This document shows positions 1 to 12,500 of a stretch of 64,000 nucleotides of DNA, one piece after another. The stretch is from Camelus dromedarius (lineage: Eukaryota), in NCBI RefSeq assembly GCF_036321535.1, contig NC_087447.1:47928001-47992000 (forward strand), given 5' to 3'. The notes under the pieces are model-generated. The model saw only the letters and a list, made by a program, of their open reading frames with translations. It did not search any database and was not told where the DNA came from. Numbering within the stretch: position 1 is the first letter of the stretch; each line of letters starts with the position of its first letter. The position numbers were made by a program, and so were the translations under genes.

Positions 1-429
1 AAGATATTCTGAATGAAAATCAAATGTAGGTTAAGTAGCTACAGTGATTGAGACCACCAGCCCTCGTGCTAGTGTGGGATTATCTCTGGGACTTGTCTAT
101 TTGGACTGGACGACGGGGTGTATCCATTCTCCTTGTTTAAATCATCATTCAGTCAACTGGTCTGGCTGTTCCAAACCCTCCTCCAATATGATGGAGAGGA
201 GGAGGAACAGGCTCCACCCCCAGAGGAGCACACAATCCATCCCACTGGAAGGGTAAGAGGTGGAGGGACTCCCTGGATTCCTTGGTCCAACCTGGAGGCA
301 GAAGAGGGTTTGAGACCCTCCTAGAGGACCTTCATTTCTGCCTATTTGGGGTGGAGCAGGGGGGGCAAGGACCTGCTCTCTGGTTGTGGTGGTCAGATAG
401 TTTCTAGGCCTTGAGGGCTCTGTGCTGCC

Positions 430-556
430 AGTGTACAAATTGCTGGTCTCCATTCCAGAGTTTCAGGTTAGTAGGGTAGTGTCAGGGAAGCTGATAATGC
501 ACATTTCTAACACACTCTCAGGAGGTGCGCAGGGACTGCACTTTGAGAACCATTGC
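430..556 (+). mobile_element. Degraded MER5A-like hAT-Charlie DNA transposon
   Basis: Ends in CACTTTGAGAACCATTG with internal CATTTCTAACA, resembling the recalled MER5A 3' half. Confidence 0.55.
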
Positions 557-2534
557 CGTAGAGGGACCAGGAAGGGAGTTAGTGCAGAGCACTATGTTAT
601 GCCTTCATTCATTCTTTCATTCAACAAACTGGCCTAAGAGTTGCTCTGAGTCAGGCCCTCTAGAGACCTAGGGGAGACAAAAGGGCTCACCAGTTGTTCT
701 TTGTGAACTTTGCAATGCCTGTCAGGTATCAGGCCCCACCCCCTAAGGCAGACTCTGGGAGCATCCCTACCTCCTGCCTGTGTAGTGCTCACTGCTCTGG
801 GAGCTCCTGCCAGGTGTGGGTCATACCGGTATCCTCTTGCTAGTTTCTTGGAATTCTCTGTGCCTGTTTTCATTGTTGGCTGCTTGGAAGTTGTCTGTTG
901 GTGAGTTAACATTTTGGCAATGGATATTTTGGACTCTCTGAAGATGCCACTGCTGGACTGGGGTGTGGGGTATGGACTCATCTTGGTTGAGGGCTAAACA
1001 GGGGGTTGGGTGGGCGGGGGGGCAGGACAGGATAGGAGGCTGCAAGGGCCAGCAGGAAAGGCTGTTCCTGTGCCATGGGGAGGACAGGGAATGTTGATGA
1101 GCAGGAACCTGCATGGGCTGGTTTACCTCTCAGTGGTGACTGCTTGGTTTATGGGGAAAAGGGAAGAAAAGAGTTATTGTTCATTAGCCAGAATCTATGT
1201 GCAAAGTGCTGTGGCTTACACAAGGGACATAGACCCTGCCCTCTGGGAACCTAACGGTCTCCTGGGAGGAGATGGTCATCAATCTAGCAATTGCTCAAAT
1301 GTATAATTACAAACTATGATAACCTGCTTAAGAAAAACTGAGACTTTCTGAAAGCAAAGAGCAGGTGCACCTGACCTAATCTGAGGATCAGGGAGGGCTT
1401 CCCTGAGGTGACATTTTTCACTAAGACTAGACTTAAAGGAAAAGAAAAAAGCATGTGTAGGGGAGGAAAGAGACAAAGGCCAAGACCCTGGGGCAAGAGA
1501 GAGCCTGGTCTATTTCTAGGAGTTAGAACAGAAGTGGTAGGGAGGGGAGAGCATATCAAGCAAGGGGGAGAAAGGAGGATGGGACTGGCTTGGGTGATGG
1601 GGTCAGGAAGTCTCCACTGTTCAGGAAACCTAGAGGAAAGCAGGTTTGGGAGAGGGAGTCAGTTGGGGGGCACTGGTGAGTGAGAGAGCCCTCAGTACAG
1701 AGTAGAAGAGTCGGAGGGGCCCCCAGCCAGCTGCAGGGTGCATCAGAGCCTCCTGGTAGGCGGAGGTGCTGTTGCAAAACAAAGCTCACCCCACCCGTTC
1801 CTGACTGAGTCTGGAATAGGTTTGGGAATCCCTGGGATTTGAGGGACAGGTCCTGAGGTTCCTGCTTGGAGACATCCCGGAACACCTTGTGTTGGTGGTG
1901 TTGGGGATAGGGTGAAAATGTCTGAGCACCTTCCTGTGGTGGGTCATGGGGTTGGGTGGAGAAGGATAGTCCTGGAACTCTCTAGGACTGTCTCAAGCAC
2001 AGGATATAGGTCAACTGGGTGGGATGGGAGAAGGGATGACTCAGAGCGGGCCCTTTCCCTGATAGCCCCCCTCCATCAGGCCCAAGTGCTCTGGCCCTGG
2101 ATGGGAGGACAGCATCAGTTTCCAGGGACATGTTTGTGCATCCCTAAATCTGTGTGCTTATTTATGCCTGGTTATAGTGTGAACAGGGAAGCACATGTCA
2201 CTGTGTGCAGCACTGGGTCAGGTTCATGTGTGTCAGGGTTCAGGTCTGTATGGGACTATGTTGTGTGTGCCCTTGGCTCTGACCCACACCCGTATACTAA
2301 TCAAGGCCGGAGGGCACGTATCCATGTACGTGGGCCTGTTCTGTGTAGGTATGTGCATGCCCCTGCGTGTGCCTCCGTGCGTACAAGTGTGGACAAAAAG
2401 TGCATGTCGCCGAGTGTACTTGCCTTGGCCACGGGTGTCCGCGGACTTGAGTCCTCAGAGGGAAGTGGGTCCACAAGCGGAGAGGCAGCGGGGAGTAGGA
2501 CAACTTTCCGTGTTGGAAGAGATGGGGCCGAGCA

Positions 2535-2960
2535 ATGAGGGCGGTGGGGGGGGGGGGGTGTGGCGCGGGGGCGGGGGACTCCCCCCCTTCCCCGCTGCGA
2601 CGCCGCGCGCGGGGCTCGCTGGGCGCACTCGCTGAGCGGAGGAGGCAACAGCGCCGCTGCCAGCCCGGCTGCCGCCATCAGATAGACGCTGGAACTGACT
2701 TGGCGACTGCCGCCGCTGTCGGGCTGAGCCCCCGAGGGAGCGACGGTGGGAGGGAGGGTCCCCGCCAACCCCCGCCACCCCGGCGCCCCCGCCCCGGCGG
2801 CTTGCCGGCCGCATGCTGCAGATGGTGAAGACCCTGGCCCAGTTCACCATCGCGTTGGAAGACATGCGCGATCTGGGCCCGGCCGCCGCCTCCGGGGAGC
2901 CCGCCGGGGGGAGCAATGGCGCTGACGCAGAGGAGCCAGGGGAGGCCCAGGTAAGGGGAA
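2535..2960 (+). promoter_or_regulatory. CpG island / candidate alternative promoter within ARHGEF17 intron 1
   Basis: Abrupt GC/CpG-rich segment with GC boxes, a G-run/G4-like tract at ~2539-2578 and a YY1-like GCCGCCATC at 2671-2679; ends at a strong donor CAG|GTAAGG. Confidence 0.8.
2813..2950 (+). CDS. ARHGEF17: Alternative first coding exon of ARHGEF17 (MLQMVKTLAQFTIALEDMRDLG...EEPGEAQ, 46 aa)
   Basis: ATG at 2813 with in-frame upstream TGA at 2696; 138 nt to a consensus donor CAG|GTAAGG; phase 0 matches exon 2 (CAG|GAC). Confidence 0.72.
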
Positions 2961-5900
2961 AGGGAGGAGCAGCGAGGGACCTGGGCCAAGGCTTAGAACT
3001 CGGGCGACCCCAGACTGGGAGAGGCATGAGCAGATGCTGGGGCCTAGGGCCGGAAACTCGGAGCAGGCACAGCAGCCTCCTGGCCCTGGGGCTGGGAGCT
3101 CAGTGACCAGTGATGGGGGCAGGGAGATTGAAGGTGTGTGAGGAGCCCTGGCAGAGGTGGTGTGGCTGGCAGGGCCCTGAGGTTTGGTGCCACCAGGATA
3201 TAAGCTTGGGATGACAGAAGGGTTGGCAAGCTCAGCTGGCATGGGAGGCCTGCACCCTGAGACCCAGCCTTGGTAAGGCTTGTTGGTGCTAAACACATGA
3301 TATAGGTCAGCCGTGGAGGCAGAGACTGTTGCCAGGGGTATCCTGGGTCCATAGGCTCAGGAAGGAAAGTTTTTTCCAGCGTCCCTCTCAAGCCTGAGGC
3401 AAATCCCAGATGAATGTGTGTGCCGGAGGAGGGGGTAGTCAATTTTGCTCCCTCCCTTGCCATCCTCTTCCTGCTACTGGACTCACTGGGCCTTGGAGGT
3501 ATCATGCTGGGGTGGCGATGGTGGTGTCCCCATTCCAGGTTCAGTGTGCATTCCCCTGCGGGGGAGGTGGAGGCTTCCACAGGCTGTTTCCACGCCTTTG
3601 TGTGTCTCTCTGGGCCTGGACTCTGATTGCTCCGCTCTCCTGGGCTTCAGTGGGGGCTGTGGTTTTGTCCTCCCTGTGCTGTATTGTGTGTGTCTCTCTC
3701 CATTGCCTCAAGTCTCTGGACTGAAGGACCTGGTTCTCAGCTGGGTGATTTGGCTGCTTTTTTTTCTCTTTGCAGGGTGTCTGGCCTTTATGGCTTCTCT
3801 CTGTGTACATGTGTGTGTGTAGGAGTCTCAGGCTTTGGGTCATGATGTCCCAATTATACTGGTAGGAGAGGCCCCCCACTCTGTCTTTCTCCTGTATCCC
3901 TTTGGCCCCATGTCCCCCTCCCCCTTCAGTGCCCCACATAATGAAGATCTTCAGATGGGGCTGTTGAGGGATGAGAGGCTCTGGGGGAGGCTGGGCCTAC
4001 AGGGCTGTCCCGCCCAGAACAGGTGGGCCTGCTGATCTGGTTGACAGCTGCATTGCCTGTCTCCTGCTTCCCCTGGCCTCCCTATCCCCACATACACTCA
4101 CACCCGTGTCTGGGCACGTGCAGAAGGGGCTCTTGATGCAGTGACAGGGAGCTGGCCTTGTTTTCTGTTCCTCTACCTGACAGCTGAGTGACAGCCCACT
4201 GTGCTTTTTAAGCAGGGGGAGGCTGGGAAAGGCGGCCTTGCAATGTCAGCCTCCCTGCATGAGTTACCCCAGCCCTGCCTCACTCAGGAGGCCTCCCTGC
4301 CCATGACCCTCACTGCTGGGCCTGGCAGGCTTGGGCTGGGGAAGTGGGTGGGGCAGGGTGGCTATGCCACCCAAGGCTGAGCTCGATTTGATCCTACTGT
4401 CAGGAGCTCCCTGTCCCACAGGGAGATGAATGTAAATAAACAGCTTTGCTGAGGCAGAGTAAGAATGGACCTTGAAGACCCAGTATGTGTGGGGAGAGCC
4501 ACCCTGCTCCCGATCGCCTTGCTTTCACAGCACTGGGAGGGAGGTATTACTCATTTCATTTCACAGAGGAGATTGTGGAAGCCCAGGTGATTAGGTGACC
4601 ACCCAAAGTCACAGCTGGGAAGGACCAAGCTGGGGTCCTTGTGGCCCATGGCTGGCTGGTCAGTCTGAGTGAGAACTCTGGGTTCTTGGGCCCTGAGACT
4701 CAGCATGAGGTGGCTAAAGAGACTCTAGTGCCCACTCGGCTGGTCACTGGCTGTGTGACCTCGGACAAGTCAGGCCACCTCTCACCTGTGAAGTGGAGAT
4801 GACAAGCCCTGTCATAGAGCTGCAAGCATGAGGCTGAAGTGTGGCCATATTTGTGAGGTGCTGAGATGTCCCTGGAGAGGGGGAGGATTGGGCATCTGGG
4901 CCTTCCCTTGGGAGCCCCTTCTAGCCCCTGATGCTCTCCCAAGCTCTCCATCCTCGCTGGGGTGGGCCTAGCTGGTGCTGCCTCCTACTGGAAGCTGTCC
5001 TGGATTTTTTAAAGGCCTCAGAAGCACTGAAGATAGATGGGCTGGCTGTAGCTGGGGACTCTGAGGCGGAGTCCAGTGCCTTCTCACTCAGCAGAGCACA
5101 GGGCTGGTGGGGGTGAAGCAAACCAGCCTCCTCCCCTCCCTCAAGGGGGTGTCATTCACCCCCCCACCCCTGAGTTCCTAGCATAGGAGCCCATTTTTCT
5201 GAGCATGCCTCATTGTAGTACAGGTTTGGAGACAGGTGTGACTCCTGAGTCCCTGGGTCAGAGGGAGGGGGACCTGAGGTGTCCACGAACAGAGGGGTGA
5301 GCAGTGGCTGGATCAGGCAGGCTGGGCAGACCCAGGGCTCAGGCCTACTCAGCAGACATAGACCCAGGGCCGCTCCACTGGTAACATCTCTGCCTTGAGG
5401 GGCTCCTAGAGGTGGGGAGTAGAGGGATGCCACAGATGTGGACACCCACTGTGCTGTTGCCAAGTGCAAAGAGTGTCCACAAGGACCAGCAAGCTTTGAT
5501 GAGCTCCAGCTGAGGCCAAGGTGAGGCCTGGGACAGAGAATGGAGAGAGGAGAATAAACCACAGAGACCCAGGACCCAGAGGAGATATGGACCTTGCTCA
5601 GGACCACTCCAGGGACTTGGAGGAGACTTAGAGTGGAGTCTTTGCTTGGGAAGGGAAGCCATTAGAGCTGTGCCATCTGGGACAGGCTTCCTGGAGGAAG
5701 AGTGGATCAGAGGCATAAGAACTAGTGGTGAGAGGCAGCAGGTAAGCTGAGTCCCAGGGGTGGAACACAGAGCAGACATCTCCAGGCTGGCTTCCCAAAG
5801 CCTTCCCATAGAATAGGGGCTCTCCTGTCAGGGATACGCACCTTGTCCCTGGGGGTGTGGGTGCAGAGTCTGGGTAACCCCCCAGGGACTCTACTACAAA

Positions 5901-6423
5901 TCATCAGATCCTTGGAATAGAGGCATCAGTGCCTGGGTCTCCTTTTCCCCATCCTTAAAATGGGAAGAATAAAACATCTACCTCACATGGTGCTCGGAAG
6001 GATGAAATAATAGTACACAATGCTTAGAATAGTGCCCGACGTAGAATAAGGCTCAGTTAACTTTTTTTACTGAGTGAACTGGGGTCCAGCCTTGTCTGAG
6101 AGTGGCTGAACCCTGCCCCTACCTTGCTGCATGACAATTTTCAACTCTCAGGGATGGTGTGAAGCCCAAGGTGGGTTCTGACCCGACGGTGCTGAGTCTG
6201 AAGGTGGGGTTTTCAGAGTTGGCAGCTGGAGTGGGGAGTGGCCTGGAGGCATTATCCTTCGCAAATGTGAGAGATTATTGATTTTTTTGAGTCCTTTTCA
6301 GAAGCCCAACAGGAGAGCCAGTTAGTAAACAGGAGATCTCCAGATCTCTGGACTCATGTGATGGCAGGTGGCTGGTGTGAGAGGAACAAGGCACTGCTCA
6401 CCCTCTGCCTTCTGTCCCCCCAG

Positions 6424-6501
6424 GACATGCGGAAGCATGTGACCATGACCCTGCTGGATACGGAGCAGTCGTACGTGGAGTCGCTGCGCACCCTGATGCA
6501 G
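6424..6501 (+). CDS. ARHGEF17: ARHGEF17 exon 2 (DH start, DMRKHVTMTLLDTEQSYVESLRTLMQ)
   Basis: cccag|GAC ... CAG|gtgagg, 78 nt. Confidence 0.95.
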
Positions 6502-9500
6502 GTGAGGCTTGGGGCTGGCCCGGGCCCCTGAGAGTAGCCACTGTGAGTCTAGGAGGCTGTCAGATATGTGGGAACAAACCCATTTTGTGGACAGGGGACC
6601 GAGGTTAGAGAGGAATGACCCTGGAACACACCACCTGTTCATGGAGGAAGCCCCCTCCAGGGCTGGAGAGAATGTGGAGAGGCCTTAATGGTGCCAGACT
6701 GGGGCACCCCATGGCAGGTGCTCCCTCCTCCCACCACCCTTCCACTGCCCCCAGCAGCCCTGGGTCTGGGCTTAGATCTATGAACCTCCTCTGTTGTCCA
6801 GCCCCCACAACACTTTATTTATTGACTGGAAAAACATTGGTTGAATGGGATTAAATGCTGAGCACCTGCGTGTGCTAGGCCCTATTGCGGGTGCAGGAAA
6901 CACAGGGATGAATAAGAAGAAAGCCCCTGATGTGGGAGCTGACAGTCCTGCTGGGACATAGTTGAGGATATGGGCTCTCAAGGCAGCGAAGGGCACCTGT
7001 GAGGTGTGGGGTCTGGTATTTTCCCTGGAGGAGGTGCTGGCTTCCTCCTGCCCTGTCTCCTCAGTAGCAGGAACAGCATGTGCAAAGTCAGTTAAGGAGA
7101 GGCCTGGCACTTTCAGAGGTCCATGTGGCCAGCACAGGGGGTCAGTCCTGTGGTGATGCCAAGGGAGCCTGCAGAGCTCATGTGGAGGGAGCCCCCAGTC
7201 CCAGGAGGAGGGTTTGGACTCTCCAAGGCCCCAGAGACTGAGAGCTTTGAGCAGGGGCAGTGTGCAGCCTGGCGCATGCTTTACCAAGTCTGCCTGACTG
7301 CTGGGGAGGGGCTGCAGCAGCAAAGCAGGCCGAGGCCAGGTGAGGCCCGACCAGGGCAGAGGCTGCAGAGAGAGCGAGCTGGGGACAGACACTTAGGAAG
7401 TGGACTGGTCAGGTCAGCTGTAGTAACTGGTTGGTTGTGGGGAGCCCCTCCTGTGCTCATCCTTGGTGACTGAGGCACTAGAGGAGCCCTACCTGGGAAC
7501 GGTGGGGTAAGATGGTGAGTTTAGGTTCAGGTGTGTGGGTCTGGGAAAGTCCAGGAGCTGGGTTGCACATTCGGGTCTAGGGCCCAGGATAGGTAGCGTG
7601 GGTCTAAGCCGAAGGGGGGCCTGGTGGTCATGGTTGAGGACAAGTTTGCTCAAGCCACCTGGACAGAGTGAGAGCAAAGGGTGGAAGGGAGAGCCCTGGA
7701 AACACCCAGAGTATTCATTCATTCACTTCACAAATTCGCAATGGGCACCTTCTGTGTACCAGGCAGTGTTCAGGAGGTGGGGGTGTTCAGCAGTGAGCAT
7801 GAGTGATATGGTCCTGTCTCCTGGGTCTCACAGTCTATGGCAAAAACTGACAGTAACAAGACAGACCATGTGTGAGGACAAATGGTGATGCAAAAGTGCA
7901 CCAAGAGTATATACTTAAAACAGAATATCGTTCAACCTTAGAAGGAAATTCTGACACATGCTATGATACAACATAGATGAACTTTGAAGACATTATATGC
8001 TCAGTGAACTAAGCCAGTCACAAAATGACAAATACTACATGATTCCACTTACATGGGGTACCTAGAATAGGCAAATTCATAAAGAAAGTAGAATGGGGTT
8101 GCCAGTGACTGGCAGGGGGAGTGGGGAGTTATTGTTTAATAGGTACAAAGTTTCAGTTGGGGAAATGAAAAAAAGTTCTAGAGATGAATGGTAACAGTTC
8201 CATACGATGTGAAAACACTTAATGTGAGTATACTGAACTGTCCGCTTGAAAGTGATTACAACGGCACATTTTATGCTATATGTATTTTACCACAAAAATA
8301 CATTACTTTAAAAAAAATGCATAGAGAGATGAGAACACAGAATGGGGGCCTGCCCTGGTGTCGGGGCCACTGTGTTGGGCGTTTAGCTGAAACCCGGAGG
8401 GTAGGTAGGAGTAAAGCAGGGGGAGTCCTGAGGGGATTATTCCAGGTGGAGGGAACAGCAAGAACAACAGCTGGGAGGCTGGAGGAAACCTAGAGTGGTT
8501 AAGGATGGGGAGGTGGCCAGTGTGGCTCCAGGCAAGGATCTGGCCTTTATTGTGAGCACAAGGAAGTCACAGGAGGGCCACAACCGGAATTCCATCTTTA
8601 AGAGGTGCCCCTGGCTGCCCGGCGGATGGCAGGTGTAGACGTGCAGGGGTCTGGGGCGGGGGGTGGGGCGGTTCTTTGTGGTCCTCTAGGTGGAAGTTGA
8701 AGGCATGGGAGTCAGTCCAGAGTTTGAGTCATTTACCTTCCTTCTGGGTGATGCTAGCCTAATCACCTCACTTCTCTGAGCCTGTGCATTTTTGTCTGCA
8801 AAATGTAACTAATCCTACCCTGCTTTCAGCGGGAAGATTAAAAGGTGATGAGGCCGCCCATGTCTTGTTCTCAGACTGGAGGCAGGCAGAGCAGGGTGTG
8901 CCTCTTTGCCTCCGAATCTCCCAGCGGGTACAGGGCTGCACACGTGGAGGCTTGCAGGGCCTGCAGGCAGAAGAGCTAAGGGACAATGGTACTGAGGATG
9001 CCAAACTGAGAGTGTTGGGTAGGGAGGGGTGGACGTGGGCAGGACAGTGTCAGCTCAAGACAGCCCTAGTGTGTTCGAAGGACTGAGGTCCATCCCAGGG
9101 GTCAGGAGCACAGTTCTGGAGCCAGACTGCTAGGGTTCAAACTTGGCAGTACCTCTTGACCAGCTGTGTGACTTGGAGCAAGTTACATAACCAGTTTCTG
9201 CCTCAGTTTCCTCATCTGTATAGTGGGAATAATAATACTACCTGTCTCAAATGCAGATTACAAGAGAGATGCATGAGTAATTTAGCACACTGCTTGGCAG
9301 TTCTGCATGTGTGTGTATGTGTGTGTGTTTATAAAAATCACCTTTAATCCTTGTCTTAACCTTGTGAGGCAGGCATTATTGTCCCCTTCTTCGTATGAGA
9401 AAATGAAGGCTCAGAGAGGTTAAGAAGCCTGTCCAGGGTTGTCTGTCTGTTAAGTGATGTCCTAGCTTATTTGGGCTGCTGTAATAAAAATTCCATAAAC

Positions 9501-12500
9501 TGTGTGGCTTAAGGAAATAGAAATTTATTTGTCATAGTTTTGGAGGCTGAGAAGTCCAAGATGAAGGTGCAGGCAGATTCGGTGCTGGTGAGTATGGCTT
9601 CCTGGTTCATAGACAGCTGTCTTTTCACTGTGTCCTCCATGGTGGAAGGGCCAAGGGAGCTTTCTGGGGCCTCTTTTATCAGGGCACAAATCCCATTCAC
9701 AAGGGCTCCACCCTCATGACCTACTCACCTCCCAAAGGCCCCACCTCCAGATACCACCACATCAGGGTTTGGGTTTCAACATGTGAATTTTGGGGGAACA
9801 CAAACATTCAGACCATAGCAAGTGGTAATACTAAGAGCTGACATTTATTGAATGCTTACTATGTGTACTTTGTATAAGTGAATTCATATAAACCTCACTA
9901 TAACCCCCATTTTACAGATGATGAAACTGAGCGCAGAGAAGTAGAGCAACTTATTCAGGTCCACAGAGCTGGGACGTGTCATAGCCTGGGTTGAATCCTT
10001 GTCAGCTTCACTCTAGGGTGCTCCCTACATAGGTGGTATGCAAATGGAGATTGATCTCTACAACCCTCACAGTGACCACTGCCACCCAAATTGATAGGTA
10101 TTGTTCCTGCAGGCCAGGAGTTTAAAATGAAGGAAGAAGTTAATTACTAAGGTTAAAGCCAGAAGGAGATAGGATTTGAACCCAGGTTCTAAGATTACAC
10201 TGAGTGTCACCCTCACCCTTTCAGTCTTTCTTCAACCCCCAAATTCCTAGCTAACAACCCCCTTTCCCTGACCTTCCCTCCTGCCTTTTTCTCCCACAGC
10301 ACTCACTGTCTTCTAAAATACTGTGTAATAATTTCGTTATTTATGGTACTTATTTTTTGCCTCCTTCCACTAAACTTTCACCTGCGGGAGCACAGGCCTT
10401 CTGTCTGCCCATTCATGCAGCCCGTGCTTAGAAGGCAAGACACACAGTAGTGCTCAGCTAGTATGTGCTGAGTGAATGCAGGTACTGGCTCCTAGCAGGT
10501 TCTGTATTGGGTTCTCAGTCGCTGTTTATTCTTTCCTCCCACTGTGCACCTGCTTCTGTGCGAGGCGCTGGGACCCAGAAGTGAGCAGTTTAGCTCTTGC
10601 TCCTTGTAGGGCACCAGACCCTGGTACAGATATGGCACTGGCTCAGACTGGCCTAGGAGCTGCAAGAGGGAGGCTGCCTGTCTCCACACCATCACCCTCC
10701 CACTTTTTCAGAATCCCACACCAGGTGAGAGGATTCTGTTGAGCTTTACTTTCTCAAGCTTGTTTTACAACAAGTTAGGTTTAAAAAAAAAAACGTTTGA
10801 TGTAAATTTTATTTCGACATGGGGTAATACTTTTTCAATAGCCTTGTTTCTTAGGCTTGTAGTTACAGTTCATGCCAGCAGAGGGCGACATCTCTGTGAG
10901 ATCTCAGCGGCTGAGCAGGGCTATTCATGCTTTGGAAACACCACTGAATGCAGATTTGAGATGAAATTTGGGAGTTTTAGTCACCGATTGACCAGAATGT
11001 CTGAAAACTGTTCAGATAGTGTCAAAAAGCCTTCAGTAACTTCCCATATGGCCTCCCATGCCCCTCCCTGCTTTGTTTTCCCCACAGCAGTTATCACTCT
11101 GTAACTTACCACAGGATTTCCACATGTAATTGATTCTAAGACATATTCTTCACATTTTGCCATCTTTGAAATCCAGGTTCATCCTATAATTGATATCCTT
11201 TAATAACTTAATTGGCAGCATCTTAGATTTGATGAAATGTGGTTTGTTTTTTTATTTTATTTTATATGTGTGTTTCCTCTGACTAGCTCTGTCAGGGCAG
11301 GAGTTTGGTCTTTCTTGTTCACTGCTATCTCCCAGTTCTTAGTGCCTGGCACATAGTAAGTGCTCCATAAATATTTGCTGAATTAGTGTGTGGGGTCCCC
11401 CAGAAGCCCAGTCTTCTTGCTTTCCTCACTCCAAGTTCTGTTTATTCAGGCAGCCAGCACATCTTTTCCTGAGACCCCTCACTCCCATCTTGTGCGAGGC
11501 CCTGGGCTGTGCAGGGAGAGGCGTGGGGATAGGTCTTCTCATCTCCCTCCCAGAGTCTAATGAGGGAGGTCCAGTAGGCAGGGCCACTGAGCTGCAGGTC
11601 CAGGTGATTTTATGCACACCTGTGCCAGTGGGTTGGGGTGCCATCTCTCTGAGGGACCTGTACTGACCCTGTGAGTCTCCTAGGGCTACATGCAGCCACT
11701 GAAGCAGCCAGAGAACTCCTTGCTGTGTGACCCATCACTGGTGGATGAGATTTTCAACCAGATCCCGGAGCTCCTGGAGCACCATGAACAGTTCCTAGAG
11801 CAGGTGCGGCACTGTGTGCAGACCTGGCATGCCCAGCAGAAGGTGGGAGATCTGCTTGTCCAGTCGGTGAGTGGCCCTGCTATCCAGTGCTACAGCCCCA
11901 CAAGCTCGGCCTCTCCTAGAAGGGGCTGGATGCTTCCATGTATGGACCCCCTGACCCCACCCTACCCCTACCTGGAGACTGACTCTAATCCCTGATCCAA
12001 CCCCAGAGCTTGGCTGGACTCTGGCATGGACCCCAACCCCAGACACTGACCCTGATCTTGGGCCCAACCCTAGTTGCTGGCACTGACCTGACCCTAATAC
12101 TGACCCTGAGCTGGCCCTAACACTGACTTAGACTCAAATGGAAGCTGATACTGACCTCAACCCCTACCTTAATCTGAACCTAAACAGTTGCTTTGTTCCT
12201 GACCCTGGACTTGGGCTTCATGTTGACACTGACCTAGTCTTGATTAGCTCTTTTCCCCATCAGGCATTTTGATAACAATAGCTAGCTATCTGGCACTTAT
12301 TATGTGCTAGGCATTCTAAATACATTACACATATCTACAGTTCTAAGGAGGAAGGTGTAGTTATTCCCCTGAGTTTAAAGATGACTCTGCCACATTGAAA
12401 GCAATCTGATCAAAGCCATGGTTAGTAAATGGTGGCTTCAACCCCAAGAAACCTGGTTCCAGCACCCATGCTCTACCCCACCTGTACTCCCTTTCCCCAC

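Noticed and set aside
1912..2538. 208-aa ORF upstream of the CpG island
   Set aside because: GTG start, runs through a TG-rich low-complexity tract (Cys/Val-rich artefact) and has no splice support.
3410..3724. Possible second alternative first exon (ATG 3410) or hydrophobic peptide ORF at 3414
   Set aside because: No convincing donor in a usable phase and no CpG-island or promoter support.
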